Positions 1 to 11,721 of a DNA stretch of 64,000 nt are shown here, in pieces. Position 1 is the stretch's first letter. Each line of letters starts with the position of its first letter. The position numbers and the translations under genes are program-made. Origin of the DNA: Escherichia coli (GTDB lineage: Bacteria; Pseudomonadota; Gammaproteobacteria; Enterobacterales; Enterobacteriaceae); NCBI RefSeq assembly GCF_030013205.1, contig NZ_CP122648.1. One strand, written 5' to 3'. The notes under the pieces were generated by a model that had not been told where the DNA came from, searched no databases, and saw nothing but the letters and a program-made list of their open reading frames with translations.

Positions 1-1
1 G

Positions 2-592
2 ATTGGTCTGCTGCTGGCAGGATTAGTCTACTGGGGCTGTACGGTAGTCGTCTTACACTTCGACGCCTATGGTGAACAAATGGCGGCAGCAGCATCGCTT
101 CCAAAAATTGTAGTGCAACTGTTCGGTGTAGGAGCGTTATGGATTGCCTGCGTGATTGGCTATCTGGCCTGCTTTGCCAGTCTCAACATTTATATACAGA
201 GCTTCGCCCGCCTGGTCTGGTCGCAGGCGCAACATAATCCTGACCACTACCTGGCACGCCTCTCTTCTCGTCATATCCCGAATAATGCCCTCAATGCGGT
301 GCTCGGCTGCTGCGTGGTGAGCACGTTGGTGATTCATGCTTTAGAGATCAATCTGGACGCACTTATCATCTATGCCAATGGCATCTTTATTATGATTTAT
401 CTGTTATGCATGCTGGCAGGCTGTAAATTATTGCAAGGACGTTATCGACTACTGGCGGTGGCTGGCGGGCTGTTATGCGTTCTGTTACTGGCAATGGTCG
501 GCTGGAAAAGTCTCTATGCGCTGATCATGCTGGCGGGGTTATGGCTGTTTCTGCCAAAACGAAAAACGCCGGAAAATGGCATAACCACATAA
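2..592 (+). CDS. yjeH: YjeH-family amino-acid exporter, C-terminal part (5' end lies outside window)
   Basis: Open frame from window edge with no stops; hydrophobic multi-TM sequence; position opposite fxsA and before aspA as in E. coli. Confidence 0.8.
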   Translation: MGLLLAGLVYWGCTVVVLHFDAYGEQMAAAASLPKIVVQLFGVGALWIACVIGYLACFASLNIYIQSFARLVWSQAQHNPDHYLARLSSRHIPNNALNAVLGCCVVSTLVIHALEINLDALIIYANGIFIMIYLLCMLAGCKLLQGRYRLLAVAGGLLCVLLLAMVGWKSLYALIMLAGLWLFLPKRKTPENGITT

Positions 593-607
593 TCCGGCGT
601 TTCGGCA

Positions 608-1084
608 TTAATCCTGGCGATCGTCTTTATGATCAAGGCGGTCGCGGTCATCATCCTTTCGCTGGTACTCACCATCAAAAGTATTACCGCCACCGGTCCC
701 GGCGCTAAAACCGCCGCCAGGCATACGGGAAAAACGCAAATGCGGCATCAACTTCACTGTCAGATGCTTTTGCACCGGCGGTAATAAAAGCAGAAGACCG
801 AGGAAGTCGGTGAAAAAGCCCGGTAATAAAAGCAGCAAACCGGCAATGATCAGCGAAACACTTTTAATCATCTCCGCCGCTGGGTTTTCACCTGCCGCCA
901 TTTTTTGCTGCATCAGCACGAAATTCTTAAAGCCCTGGTTACGTACCAGTGACATACCGATAACTGACGTGAATATAACCAGCACGAGGGTCAGCAATAC
1001 CCCCAATACATGGGCAACCTGAATAAAGATTGAAATCTCAATATAGACATAAAGGAAAATGGCAATAAAAGGTAACCAGCGCAA
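608..1084 (-). CDS. fxsA: FxsA inner-membrane protein
   Basis: 158-aa ORF, N-terminal TM helices plus acidic C-terminal tail; conserved position next to aspA. Confidence 0.88.
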   Translation of the reverse strand: MRWLPFIAIFLYVYIEISIFIQVAHVLGVLLTLVLVIFTSVIGMSLVRNQGFKNFVLMQQKMAAGENPAAEMIKSVSLIIAGLLLLLPGFFTDFLGLLLLLPPVQKHLTVKLMPHLRFSRMPGGGFSAGTGGGNTFDGEYQRKDDDRDRLDHKDDRQD

Positions 1085-1420
1085 AGGTTTCTCCTGTAAT
1101 AGCAGCCGGTTAAACCCGGCTACCTGAATGGGTTGCGAATCGCGTTCAGCTTATATTGTGGTCATTAGCAAAATTTCAAGATGTTTGCGCAACTATTTTT
1201 GGTAGTAATCCCAAAGCGGTGATCTATTTCACAAATTAATAATTAAGGGGTAAAAACCGACACTTAAAGTGATCCAGATTACGGTAGAAATCCTCAAGCA
1301 GCATATGATCTCGGGTATTCGGTCGATGCAGGGGATAATCGTCGGTCGAAAAACATTCGAAACCACATATATTCTGTGTGTTTAAAGCAAATCATTGGCA
1401 GCTTGAAAAAGAAGGTTCAC

Positions 1421-2857
1421 ATGTCAAACAACATTCGTATCGAAGAAGATCTGTTGGGTACCAGGGAAGTTCCAGCTGATGCCTACTATGGTGTTCACAC
1501 TCTGAGAGCGATTGAAAACTTCTATATCAGCAACAACAAAATCAGTGATATTCCTGAATTTGTTCGCGGTATGGTAATGGTTAAAAAAGCCGCAGCTATG
1601 GCAAACAAAGAGCTGCAAACCATTCCTAAAAGTGTAGCGAATGCCATCATTGCCGCATGTGATGAAGTCCTGAACAACGGAAAATGCATGGATCAGTTCC
1701 CGGTAGACGTCTACCAGGGCGGCGCAGGTACTTCCGTAAACATGAACACCAACGAAGTGCTGGCCAATATCGGTCTGGAACTGATGGGTCACCAGAAAGG
1801 TGAATATCAGTACCTGAACCCGAACGACCATGTTAACAAATGTCAGTCCACTAACGACGCCTACCCGACCGGTTTCCGTATCGCAGTTTACTCTTCCCTG
1901 ATTAAGCTGGTAGATGCGATTAACCAACTGCGTGAAGGCTTTGAACGTAAAGCTGTCGAATTCCAGGACATCCTGAAAATGGGTCGTACCCAGCTGCAGG
2001 ACGCAGTACCGATGACCCTCGGTCAGGAATTCCGCGCTTTCAGCATCCTGCTGAAAGAAGAAGTGAAAAATATCCAACGTACCGCTGAACTGCTGCTGGA
2101 AGTTAACCTTGGCGCAACAGCAATCGGTACTGGTCTGAACACGCCGAAAGAGTACTCTCCGCTGGCAGTGAAAAAACTGGCTGAAGTCACTGGCTTCCCA
2201 TGCGTACCGGCTGAAGACCTGATCGAAGCGACCTCTGACTGCGGCGCTTATGTAATGGTTCACGGCGCGCTGAAACGCCTGGCTGTGAAGATGTCCAAAA
2301 TCTGTAACGACCTGCGCTTGCTCTCTTCTGGTCCACGTGCCGGCCTGAACGAGATCAACCTGCCGGAACTGCAGGCGGGCTCTTCCATCATGCCAGCTAA
2401 AGTAAACCCGGTTGTTCCGGAAGTGGTTAACCAGGTATGCTTCAAAGTCATCGGTAACGACACCACTGTTACCATGGCAGCAGAAGCAGGTCAGCTGCAG
2501 TTGAACGTTATGGAGCCGGTCATTGGCCAGGCTATGTTCGAATCCGTTCACATTCTGACCAACGCTTGCTACAACCTGCTGGAAAAATGCATTAACGGCA
2601 TCACTGCTAACAAAGAAGTGTGCGAAGGTTACGTTTACAACTCTATCGGTATCGTTACTTACCTGAACCCGTTCATCGGTCACCACAACGGTGACATCGT
2701 GGGTAAAATCTGTGCCGAAACCGGTAAGAGTGTACGTGAAGTCGTTCTGGAACGCGGTCTGTTGACTGAAGCGGAACTTGACGATATTTTCTCCGTACAG
2801 AATCTGATGCACCCGGCTTACAAAGCAAAACGCTATACTGATGAAAGCGAACAGTAA
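1421..2857 (+). CDS. aspA: aspartate ammonia-lyase
   Basis: 478 aa from ATG at 1421 ([13 protein letters not shown]...), fumarase/aspartase family; track ORF begins 15 codons upstream. Confidence 0.97.
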
Positions 2858-2878
2858 TCGTACAGGGTAGTACAAATA

Positions 2879-2910
2879 AAAAAGGCACGTCAGATGACGT
2901 GCCTTTTTTC
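2879..2910 (+). terminator. rho-independent terminator after aspA
   Basis: GC hairpin ggcacgtc/gacgtgcc followed by T6. Confidence 0.6.
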
Positions 2911-2974
2911 TTGTGAGCAGTAACTTAAAAATAACAATCTAATATCAACTTGTTAAAAAACAAGGAAGGCTAAT

Positions 2975-4276
2975 ATGCTAGTTGTAGAACTCATCATAGT
3001 TTTGCTGGCGATCTTCTTGGGCGCCAGATTGGGGGGAATAGGTATTGGTTTTGCAGGCGGATTGGGGGTGCTGGTTCTTGCCGCTATTGGCGTTAAACCC
3101 GGTAACATCCCGTTCGATGTCATTTCCATTATCATGGCGGTTATCGCCGCTATTTCTGCCATGCAGGTTGCTGGCGGTCTGGACTATCTGGTTCATCAGA
3201 CAGAAAAGCTGCTGCGCCGTAACCCGAAATACATCACGATCCTCGCACCGATCGTGACCTATTTCCTGACTATCTTTGCTGGTACTGGCAACATCTCTCT
3301 GGCGACACTGCCAGTTATCGCTGAAGTTGCGAAGGAACAAGGCGTTAAACCTTGCCGTCCGCTGTCTACTGCAGTGGTATCCGCGCAGATTGCGATCACC
3401 GCATCGCCAATCTCAGCGGCAGTGGTTTACATGTCTTCCGTAATGGAAGGTCATGGCATCAGCTACCTCCATCTGCTCTCCGTGGTCATCCCGTCCACCC
3501 TGCTGGCGGTTCTGGTGATGTCCTTCCTGGTCACTATGCTGTTCAACTCCAAACTCTCTGACGATCCGATTTATCGCAAGCGTCTGGAAGAAGGCCTGGT
3601 TGAACTGCGCGGTGAAAAGCAGATTGAAATCAAATCCGGTGCAAAAACGTCCGTCTGGCTGTTCCTGCTGGGCGTAGTTGGCGTTGTTATCTATGCAATC
3701 ATCAACAGCCCAAGCATGGGTCTGGTTGAAAAACCGCTGATGAACACCACCAACGCAATCCTGATCATCATGCTCAGCGTTGCAACTCTGACCACCGTTA
3801 TCTGTAAAGTCGATACCGACAACATCCTCAACTCCAGCACCTTCAAAGCAGGTATGAGCGCCTGTATTTGTATCCTGGGTGTTGCATGGCTGGGCGATAC
3901 TTTCGTTTCCAACAACATCGACTGGATCAAAGATACCGCTGGTGAAGTGATTCAGGGTCATCCGTGGCTGCTGGCCGTCATCTTCTTCTTTGCTTCTGCT
4001 CTGCTGTACTCTCAGGCTGCAACCGCAAAAGCACTGATGCCGATGGCTCTGGCACTGAACGTTTCTCCGCTGACCGCTGTTGCTTCTTTCGCTGCGGTGT
4101 CTGGTCTGTTCATTCTGCCGACCTACCCGACGCTGGTTGCTGCGGTACAGATGGATGACACGGGTACTACCCGTATCGGTAAATTCGTCTTCAACCATCC
4201 GTTCTTCATCCCGGGTACTCTGGGTGTTGCCCTTGCCGTTTGCTTCGGCTTCGTGCTGGGTAGCTTCATGCTGTAA
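2975..4276 (+). CDS. dcuA: anaerobic C4-dicarboxylate transporter DcuA
   Basis: 433-aa polytopic membrane protein, paralogous to the DcuB ORF at 52105. Confidence 0.95.
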   Translation: MLVVELIIVLLAIFLGARLGGIGIGFAGGLGVLVLAAIGVKPGNIPFDVISIIMAVIAAISAMQVAGGLDYLVHQTEKLLRRNPKYITILAPIVTYFLTIFAGTGNISLATLPVIAEVAKEQGVKPCRPLSTAVVSAQIAITASPISAAVVYMSSVMEGHGISYLHLLSVVIPSTLLAVLVMSFLVTMLFNSKLSDDPIYRKRLEEGLVELRGEKQIEIKSGAKTSVWLFLLGVVGVVIYAIINSPSMGLVEKPLMNTTNAILIIMLSVATLTTVICKVDTDNILNSSTFKAGMSACICILGVAWLGDTFVSNNIDWIKDTAGEVIQGHPWLLAVIFFFASALLYSQAATAKALMPMALALNVSPLTAVASFAAVSGLFILPTYPTLVAAVQMDDTGTTRIGKFVFNHPFFIPGTLGVALAVCFGFVLGSFML

Positions 4277-4285
4277 TGACCAATC

Positions 4286-4311
4286 GCGGGGCTTCAGGCC
4301 CCGCTTTCTTT
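4286..4311 (+). terminator. rho-independent terminator after dcuA
   Basis: hairpin gcggggc-ttcag-gccccgc followed by T-rich tract. Confidence 0.55.
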
Positions 4312-4390
4312 CCCGCCGACTAACATCCTTCCCCCGTCCGTTGTATAGTGACCTCTCTCTTGCGGTTCCATCTGTTCTTGCGAGGTGTTT

Positions 4391-4729
4391 ATGCTTGATG
4401 AAAAAAGTTCGAATACCGCGTCTGTCGTGGTGCTATGTACGGCACCGGATGAAGCGACAGCCCAGGATTTAGCCGCCAAAGTGCTGGCGGAAAAACTGGC
4501 GGCCTGCGCGACCTTGATCCCCGGCGCTACCTCTCTCTATTACTGGGAAGGTAAGCTGGAGCAAGAATACGAAGTGCAGATGATTTTAAAAACTACCGTA
4601 TCTCACCAGCAGGCACTGCTGGAATGCCTGAAGTCTCATCATCCATATCAAACCCCGGAACTTCTGGTTTTACCTGTTACACACGGAGACACAGATTACC
4701 TCTCATGGCTCAACGCATCTTTACGCTGA
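4391..4729 (+). CDS. cutA: divalent-cation tolerance protein CutA
   Basis: 112 aa from ATG 4391 ([14 protein letters not shown]...), SD gcgaggtg upstream; 3' end overlaps dsbD start. Confidence 0.9.
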
Positions 4730-6402
4730 TCCTGCTACTTTGCAGCACTTCCGTTTTTGCCGGATTATTCGACGCGCCGGGACGTTCACAATTTGTCCCC
4801 GCGGATCAAGCCTTTGCTTTTGATTTTCAGCAAAACCAACATGACCTGAATCTGACCTGGCAGATCAAAGACGGTTACTACCTCTACCGTAAACAGATCC
4901 GCATTACGCCGGAACACGCGAAAATTGCCGACGTGCAGCTGCCGCAAGGCGTCTGGCATGAAGATGAGTTTTACGGCAAAAGCGAGATTTACCGCGATCG
5001 GCTGACGCTTCCCGTCACCATCAACCAGGCGAGTGCGGGAGCGACGTTAACTATCACCTACCAGGGCTGTGCTGATGCCGGTTTCTGTTATCCGCCAGAA
5101 ACCAAAACCGTTCCGTTAAGCGAAGTGGTCGCCAACAACGCAGCGTCACAGCCTGTGTCTGTTCCGCAGCAAGAGCAGCCCACCGCGCAATTGCCCTTTT
5201 CCGCGCTCTGGGCGTTGTTGATCGGTATTGGTATCGCCTTTACGCCATGCGTGCTGCCAATGTACCCACTGATTTCTGGTATCGTGCTGGGCGGTAAACA
5301 GCGGCTCTCCACTGCCAGAGCATTGTTGCTGACCTTTATTTATGTGCAGGGGATGGCGCTGACTTACACGGCACTGGGTCTGGTGGTTGCCGCCGCAGGG
5401 TTACAGTTCCAGGCGGCGCTACAGCACCCATACGTGCTCATTGGCCTCGCTATCGTCTTTACCTTGCTGGCGATGTCAATGTTTGGCTTGTTTACTCTGC
5501 AACTCCCCTCTTCGCTGCAAACACGTCTCACGCTGATGAGCAATCGCCAACAGGGCGGCTCACCTGGCGGTGTGTTTGTTATGGGGGCGATTGCCGGACT
5601 GATCTGTTCACCATGCACCACCGCACCGCTTAGCGCGATTCTGCTGTATATCGCCCAAAGCGGGAACATGTGGCTGGGGGGCGGCACGCTTTATCTCTAT
5701 GCGTTGGGCATGGGCCTGCCGCTGATGCTAATTACCGTCTTTGGTAACCGCTTGCTGCCGAAAAGCGGCCCGTGGATGGAACAAGTCAAAACCGCGTTTG
5801 GTTTTGTGATCCTCGCACTGCCGGTCTTCCTGCTGGAGCGAGTGATTGGTGATATATGGGGATTACGCTTGTGGTCGGCGCTTGGTGTCGCATTCTTTGG
5901 CTGGGCCTTTATCACCAGCCTACAGGCCAAACGCGGCTGGATGCGCGTGGTGCAAATAATCCTGCTGGCAGCGGCATTGGTTAGCGTGCGCCCACTTCAG
6001 GATTGGGCATTTGGTGCGACGCATACCGCGCAAACTCAGACGCATCTCAACTTTACACAAATCAAAACGGTAGATGAGTTAAATCAGGCGCTCGTTGAAG
6101 CCAAAGGCAAACCAGTGATGTTAGATCTCTATGCCGACTGGTGCGTCGCCTGTAAAGAGTTTGAGAAATACACCTTCAGCGACCCGCAGGTGCAAAAAGC
6201 GTTAGCAGACACGGTATTACTTCAGGCCAACGTCACTGCCAACGACGCACAAGATGTGGCGCTGTTAAAGCATCTTAATGTCCTTGGCCTACCGACAATT
6301 CTCTTTTTTGACGGACAAGGCCAGGAGCATCCACAAGCACGCGTCACGGGCTTTATGGATGCTGAAACCTTCAGCGCACATTTGCGCGATCGCCAACCGT
6401 GA
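4705..6402 (+). CDS. dsbD: thiol:disulfide interchange protein DsbD
   Basis: 565 aa from ATG 4705 ([13 protein letters not shown]...); CxxC thioredoxin-like C-terminal domain (WCVACK). Confidence 0.95.
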
Positions 6403-6438
6403 ACGACACTTGCAGTGGGAAAGACGGAGGAAAATAGC

Positions 6439-7014
6439 GTGCAACGTGAAGATGTACTGGGAGAAGCCCTGAAATTATTAGAATTACAAGGGATTGCCAA
6501 CACCACGCTGGAGATGGTTGCTGAACGTGTGGATTATCCACTGGACGAGCTACGCCGCTTCTGGCCAGACAAAGAGGCAATCCTCTACGATGCGCTGCGT
6601 TATCTTAGCCAACAGATAGATGTCTGGCGTCGTCAGCTGATGCTGGACGAAACGCAAACCGCCGAACAAAAGTTGCTGGCACGTTATCAGGCGTTATCGG
6701 AGTGCGTTAAAAACAACCGCTATCCGGGCTGTCTGTTTATCGCTGCCTGTACGTTTTATCCCGATCCTGGCCACCCTATTCATCAACTGGCCGATCAGCA
6801 AAAAAGCGCGGCCTACGATTTCACCCACGAACTGTTAACCACACTGGAAGTTGACGATCCGGCGATGGTAGCAAAGCAGATGGAACTGGTGCTGGAAGGC
6901 TGTTTAAGCCGAATGCTGGTGAATCGTAGCCAGGCGGATGTCGACACCGCACATCGGCTGGCGGAAGATATCCTGCGCTTCGCCCGCTGCCGCCAGGGTG
7001 GTGCTTTGACCTGA
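6439..7014 (+). CDS. yjdC: TetR-family transcriptional regulator YjdC
   Basis: 191 aa from GTG 6439 with SD ggagg; N-terminal HTH. Confidence 0.85.
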
Positions 7015-7120
7015 CAGAAACACAGAAAAGAAGCGATTTGCCGCAATCTTAAGCAGTTGAATCGCTTTTACTGAAATTAGGTTGACGAGATGTGCAGATT
7101 ACGGTTTAATGCGCCCCGTT

Positions 7121-7196
7121 GCCCGGATAGCTCAGTCGGTAGAGCAGGGGATTGAAAATCCCCGTGTCCTTGGTTCGATTCCGAGTCCGGGCACCA
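7121..7196 (+). tRNA. pheU: tRNA-Phe (anticodon GAA)
   Basis: 76-nt cloverleaf sequence GCCCGGATAGCTCAGTCGGTAGAGCAGGGGATTGAAAATCCCC...CCA; anticodon loop TTGAAAA. Confidence 0.95.
7174..7196 (+). repeat. attL core (3' end of pheU), duplicated at 38277-38298
   Basis: 23 nt ttcgattccgagtccgggcacca; 22 of these recur (one G fewer) at 38277. Confidence 0.75.
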
Positions 7197-7208
7197 AATT
7201 CATATCAA

Positions 7209-7236
7209 CGGACCTCCACGGAGGTCCGTTTTTCGT
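7209..7236 (+). terminator. terminator hairpin downstream of pheU
   Basis: ggacctcc-acg-gaggtcc followed by T5. Confidence 0.6.
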
Positions 7237-7393
7237 TTCAGAACACCATGATTTAAGTGTTCTTCCTCCAAATCAATTCTACCGAACTCAACCAAATTCT
7301 CCCCACATCAACCTCATTGTGTGGGTATAATTGCGGGTATACCCCAGTTCGACAGAATTTATACCCTCTTTAACGCATTCAGAAGGCTGAACT

Positions 7394-8656
7394 ATGGCAC
7401 TGACTGACGCAAAAATCCGGGCTGCAAAGCCCACTGACAAGGCTTATAAACTCACTGACGGGGCCGGCATGTTCCTGCTGGTTCATCCTAATGGTTCCCG
7501 TTACTGGCGTCTCCGCTATCGTATTCTGGGTAAGGAGAAGACTCTGGCACTTGGTGTGTATCCAGAAGTTTCTCTCTCCGAAGCTCGTACAAAACGGGAT
7601 GAGGCCCGAAAACTGATTTCAGAGGGGATTGACCCTTGCGAACAGAAAAGAGCTAAAAAAGTTGTCCCTGATTTACAGCTCTCTTTTGAACATATTGCAC
7701 GACGCTGGCATGCCAGTAATAAACAATGGGCACAATCACACAGCGATAAAGTACTCAAAAGCCTCGAGACACACGTTTTCCCCTTTATCGGCAACCGGGA
7801 TATCACAACACTCAGTACCCCGGACCTGCTTATCCCTGTTCGTGCTGCAGAAGCTAAACAAATTTATGAAATCGCCAGTCGTCTGCAGCAAAGAATATCT
7901 GCTGTAATGCGTTATGCCGTACAGTCTGGCATCATCAGATATAACCCGGCTCTGGATATGGCTGGTGCATTGACCACGGTAAAACGCCAGCATCGCCCTG
8001 CACTGGATCTTTCACGCCTGCCTGAACTTCTGTCGCGTATTGACGGTTATAAAGGCCAGCCTGTCACCCGACTGGCAGTTATGCTGAATTTACTGGTTTT
8101 TATTCGTTCCAGTGAACTCAGATACGCCCGCTGGTCTGAAATTGATATTGACAATGCCATGTGGACTATTCCAGCCGAACGCGAACCTCTGCCTGGCGTA
8201 AAATTCTCACACCGGGGCTCCAAGATGCGAACACCACATCTTGTGCCACTCAGCAAACAGGCTGTAGCCATACTGGCAGAACTACAGACATGGGCTGGTG
8301 AAAATGGTCTGATCTTTACGGGAGCACATGACCCGCATAAACCAATCAGTGAAAATACTGTAAATAAAGCCCTGAGGGTGATGGGGTATGACACAACCCA
8401 GGATGTCTGTGGCCATGGATTCCGTGCGATGGCATGTAGTGCGCTGATCGAATCAGGTTTGTGGTCCCGCGATGCTGTTGAACGTCAGATGAGCCATCAG
8501 GAACGTAACGGTGTACGCGCTGCGTATATCCATAAAGCCGAACATCTGGAAGAACGCCGGCTGATGCTACAGTGGTGGGCAGATTTTCTGAATGCGAACA
8601 GAGAGAAATGTATCAGTCCGTTTGATTATGCAAAGATCAACAATCCATTAAAATAG
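7394..8656 (+). CDS. int: P4-type tyrosine integrase
   Basis: 420 aa directly downstream of tRNA-Phe; N-terminal MALTDAKIRAAKP... and C-terminal HGFRAMA...RAAY tyrosine-recombinase signature. Confidence 0.9.
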   Translation: MALTDAKIRAAKPTDKAYKLTDGAGMFLLVHPNGSRYWRLRYRILGKEKTLALGVYPEVSLSEARTKRDEARKLISEGIDPCEQKRAKKVVPDLQLSFEHIARRWHASNKQWAQSHSDKVLKSLETHVFPFIGNRDITTLSTPDLLIPVRAAEAKQIYEIASRLQQRISAVMRYAVQSGIIRYNPALDMAGALTTVKRQHRPALDLSRLPELLSRIDGYKGQPVTRLAVMLNLLVFIRSSELRYARWSEIDIDNAMWTIPAEREPLPGVKFSHRGSKMRTPHLVPLSKQAVAILAELQTWAGENGLIFTGAHDPHKPISENTVNKALRVMGYDTTQDVCGHGFRAMACSALIESGLWSRDAVERQMSHQERNGVRAAYIHKAEHLEERRLMLQWWADFLNANREKCISPFDYAKINNPLK

Positions 8657-8819
8657 TAATAATCCCCGGGCAAAATGCCCGGGGTACTTTGAATGACTAT
8701 TTTTCTTTGGGCGTGATGAAGAAGATTGATGGTAAGACAAATTACTCCCGACTCTTACGTATTTTCATGGAAAGAAATCCCCCAATATCATCCATCGGGA
8801 TCGAGTAATAACCTGTAAT

Positions 8820-9005
8820 ATGCTGCAGGTTCCGACAGCGGCGGCAAATATGCAGCACATATTGTGCTCACTGATCGGCACCTGCCGTCTGAACAATGCG
8901 GAGTCAGAAAAATTGCTGCATTACGTCACAGATCATATGCAGGACTGGTCGGCAAACCGGGTACGCGATCTGTTGCCCTGGAAAGTTGATCTGACCTCTC
9001 AGTAA
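8820..9005 (+). pseudogene. IS66-family transposase C-terminal fragment
   Basis: 61-aa ORF ...LIGTCRLN...LLPWKVDL matches the C-terminus of the larger IS66-like fragment at 9730-10251. Confidence 0.5.
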
Positions 9006-9069
9006 ATATCAATACGGTTCTGGCGAGCCGCTTACAATCGAACTGGGATACAGGGAGATAAAACAGACG

Positions 9070-9429
9070 ATGCAACTGAGCAGGCTGACGCTGAGAAGTA
9101 AAAAGCCGGAGCTTGTGGAGCAAGAGCTGTGGGGTGTCTTACTGGCTTATAATCTGGTGAGATATCAGATGATTAAAATGGCGGAACATCTGAAAGGTTA
9201 CTGGCCGAATCAACTGAGTTTCTCAGAATCATGCGGAATGGTGATGAGAATGCTGATGACATTGCAGGGCGCTTCACCGGGACATATACCGGAGCTGATG
9301 CGCGATCTTGCAAGTATGGGACAACTTGTGAAATTACCGACAATAAGGGAAAGGGCCTTCCCGAGAGTGGTAAAGGAGAGGCCCTGGAAATACCCCACAG
9401 CCCCGAAAAAGAGCCAGTCAGTTGCTTAA
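9070..9429 (+). pseudogene. DDE transposase C-terminal fragment (IS4-like)
   Basis: 119-aa truncated ORF resembling a DDE transposase C-terminal region; no N-terminal catalytic part. Confidence 0.4.
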
Positions 9430-9753
9430 CTGACTGGCATTAGGCCGCCGGGGGCGTTTTTTTACCACCGGGACTTCGGACATAACGGTGTTTTCAGTAA
9501 GTACGACAGGTACTGTGGAGGCACTCCCGTAAAGACGGGCATCAAGTTCCCGCTCCGACATACCTGCGGGCAGAGGCCATGAAAGGCCAGCTTTTCGGAA
9601 GCGCACGAACATACCACAAACTGTTGATTTTGGTACGCCCAGGCGACGTCCGGCCACAATCCGTGGTAAATGTTCTTCAAAGTGAAGACGTAAAGCTTCA
9701 GTGATCCAGGTCCGGTATTCCATACGATAGTGTCCATTAAAAATGATGGACAT
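9418..9753 (-). pseudogene. transposase N-terminal HTH fragment (family uncertain)
   Basis: 111-aa ORF with HTH-like segment (RRLGVPKSTV), embedded among IS debris. Confidence 0.3.
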
Positions 9754-10251
9754 TATTTTTGTGGAGCCGGAGGAAACACACCAGACTGTTTAAATGAGCC
9801 GGTTACCGAAATACGCGGGTTGCCGGTGTCTGAACGCCTGGCGGTCAGGCAAATGCAGAGTAAACCGCTACTGACTTCCCTGTATAAGCTGATGCAGGAG
9901 AAAGAACACACATTATCGAAAAAATGCCGTCTGAGAGATGCGTTCCGGTATATCCGGAAGCACTGGGTTGCGTTGTGCAACTTCTGTGATGATGGTCTGG
10001 CGGAGGCGGATAATAATGCCGCGGAAAGAGCGCTTCGTGCAGTCTGTCTCGGAAAGAAAAACTTTATGTTCTTCGGCAGCGATCACGGCGGCGAGCGAGG
10101 AGCACTGTTGTACGGGCTGATCGGCACCTGCCGACTGAACGGTATCGATCCGGAAGCGTATCTGCGCCATATCCTGAGCGTACTGCCGGAATGGCCTTCC
10201 AACCGAGTTGACGAACTCCTGCCATGGAACGTAGTACTCACCAATAAATAA
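9730..10251 (+). pseudogene. IS66-family transposase (TnpC) C-terminal fragment
   Basis: 173-aa ORF ending ...GIDPEAYLRHILSVLPEWPSNRVDELLPWN; gtaagcg-type end motif about 40 bp downstream. Confidence 0.6.
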
Positions 10252-10385
10252 GCGTCAATACGGCACTCCGTTAACGCTTACGTTTAAGTCATAAAGCCAT
10301 GCAGAACGCTCACCTCCCAAGATCTTGGTTTTTATAAGGTGTAATGATAATGTAAGCTAATGTTTCACATGCCAAAGGAAACACC

Positions 10386-11714
10386 ATGAGCCACAGGGAA
10401 TTGTTCAGCGAATTTCTTGAAAATTTGAATCTTGACCTCAAACAGGCAAAAAAGATCAGCTATCACTATCGAAAAATAACCAAGTCATTAAATCTTGCGT
10501 TCAGAGGAACGAGTTCCCGGGTAGCAAACCGCTTGAAAGTGGGGTCAGTAGGCAGACATACCGCAATAAAAGGCATATCCGATCTGGATATGCTTTATAT
10601 TATGCCCCCCAATCAGTATGAATATTATAACCGTAAGGATAATGGTCAGTCTGCATTGCTTACAGATGTCAGAAACATTCTGGCGGAAGAATATCCTGAC
10701 CAGACTGTGAAAAAGGACAGACTGGTTGTTCAGATCATCTTTAAAAACTTTTATGTCGAGGTTCAACCTGTATTCAGACAGGATGATGACAGCTTTAAAT
10801 TCCCTGAAAGCTATAATGGAGGAGCATGGCGCATTACAAAACCTCTTCACGAAAAGGCGGCCATGACCGCATTTTCGCGAGATAAATCCAATAATCTGCG
10901 CAAGCTGTGTAAAATGATCAGAGCCTGGAAGAACCTGCATGGCGTCAATATGGGTGGCTTACTGATAGACACACTAGCGTATCGCTTTCTTTCATCAACA
11001 TCAGATTATGACAATACCGGAAATGGCAGCCTGGGAGCCCTCGCCAGAGACTTTTTTGAATATCTGTCAAATGAGGAGAGAAAGGAAAGGTATCTCGCGT
11101 TAGGCAGTAATCAGCATGTACGTGTTAAATCTCCCTGGTTTGGCCGGGCAGCGAAACACGCGTATGAATTATGTTGTGATGCCTTAGACGCTGAGGGGGC
11201 TGCCAGTGAAAATGACCGCTGGCGCAAAGTGTTCGGACGAGCCTTCCCCAGACGTAAAGTGGGTATTATGGAAGCCCGTCTTGGTCTGGAATCGCATGCG
11301 GCAGATGCTGTTCCCTGGACCGATACCGAAGAGTTTATAGAGGATAAATATCCGGTGGATATCAGGTACTCACTCAACCTTGACTGTACCGTAACCCAGG
11401 ATGGTTTCCCTCCCAGAAGCCTGAGGGAGATGCTTACCAGAAGATTCCGCCTCTCCGCTCGAAAATCTCTCCTTTTCCGGGCAGACTTGACAGAAATGGA
11501 GGCAGAGGAACCCTACACCGTTATGTGGAAGGTACTGAACGTGGGTGACGAAGCACGCAGAAGAAATATGATCCGGGGACAAATCGTTTCGGACGGCGGC
11601 TACTGTACGAAGAAAGAAACTACCGACTTCCGCGGAGATCACATGGTAGAATGCTATGTGATAAAAAATGAGGTTGTGGTTGCCCGGGCCCAGATTGAAG
11701 TTCCCATAAGCTGA
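10386..11714 (+). CDS. Pol-beta-fold nucleotidyltransferase with C-terminal extension (SMODS/CD-NTase-like plus AGS-C-like region)
   Basis: ATG with SD aaagga; GS-x10-SDLD nucleotidyltransferase signature (VGSVGRHTAIKGISDLD); about 150-aa C-terminal extension; AT-rich gene. Confidence 0.6.
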   Translation: MSHRELFSEFLENLNLDLKQAKKISYHYRKITKSLNLAFRGTSSRVANRLKVGSVGRHTAIKGISDLDMLYIMPPNQYEYYNRKDNGQSALLTDVRNILAEEYPDQTVKKDRLVVQIIFKNFYVEVQPVFRQDDDSFKFPESYNGGAWRITKPLHEKAAMTAFSRDKSNNLRKLCKMIRAWKNLHGVNMGGLLIDTLAYRFLSSTSDYDNTGNGSLGALARDFFEYLSNEERKERYLALGSNQHVRVKSPWFGRAAKHAYELCCDALDAEGAASENDRWRKVFGRAFPRRKVGIMEARLGLESHAADAVPWTDTEEFIEDKYPVDIRYSLNLDCTVTQDGFPPRSLREMLTRRFRLSARKSLLFRADLTEMEAEEPYTVMWKVLNVGDEARRRNMIRGQIVSDGGYCTKKETTDFRGDHMVECYVIKNEVVVARAQIEVPIS

Positions 11715-11721
11715 GGTTTTT

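Noticed and set aside
1424-2875. 483-aa ORF antisense to aspA
   Set aside because: Shadow ORF on the opposite strand of a highly conserved, confidently assigned gene.
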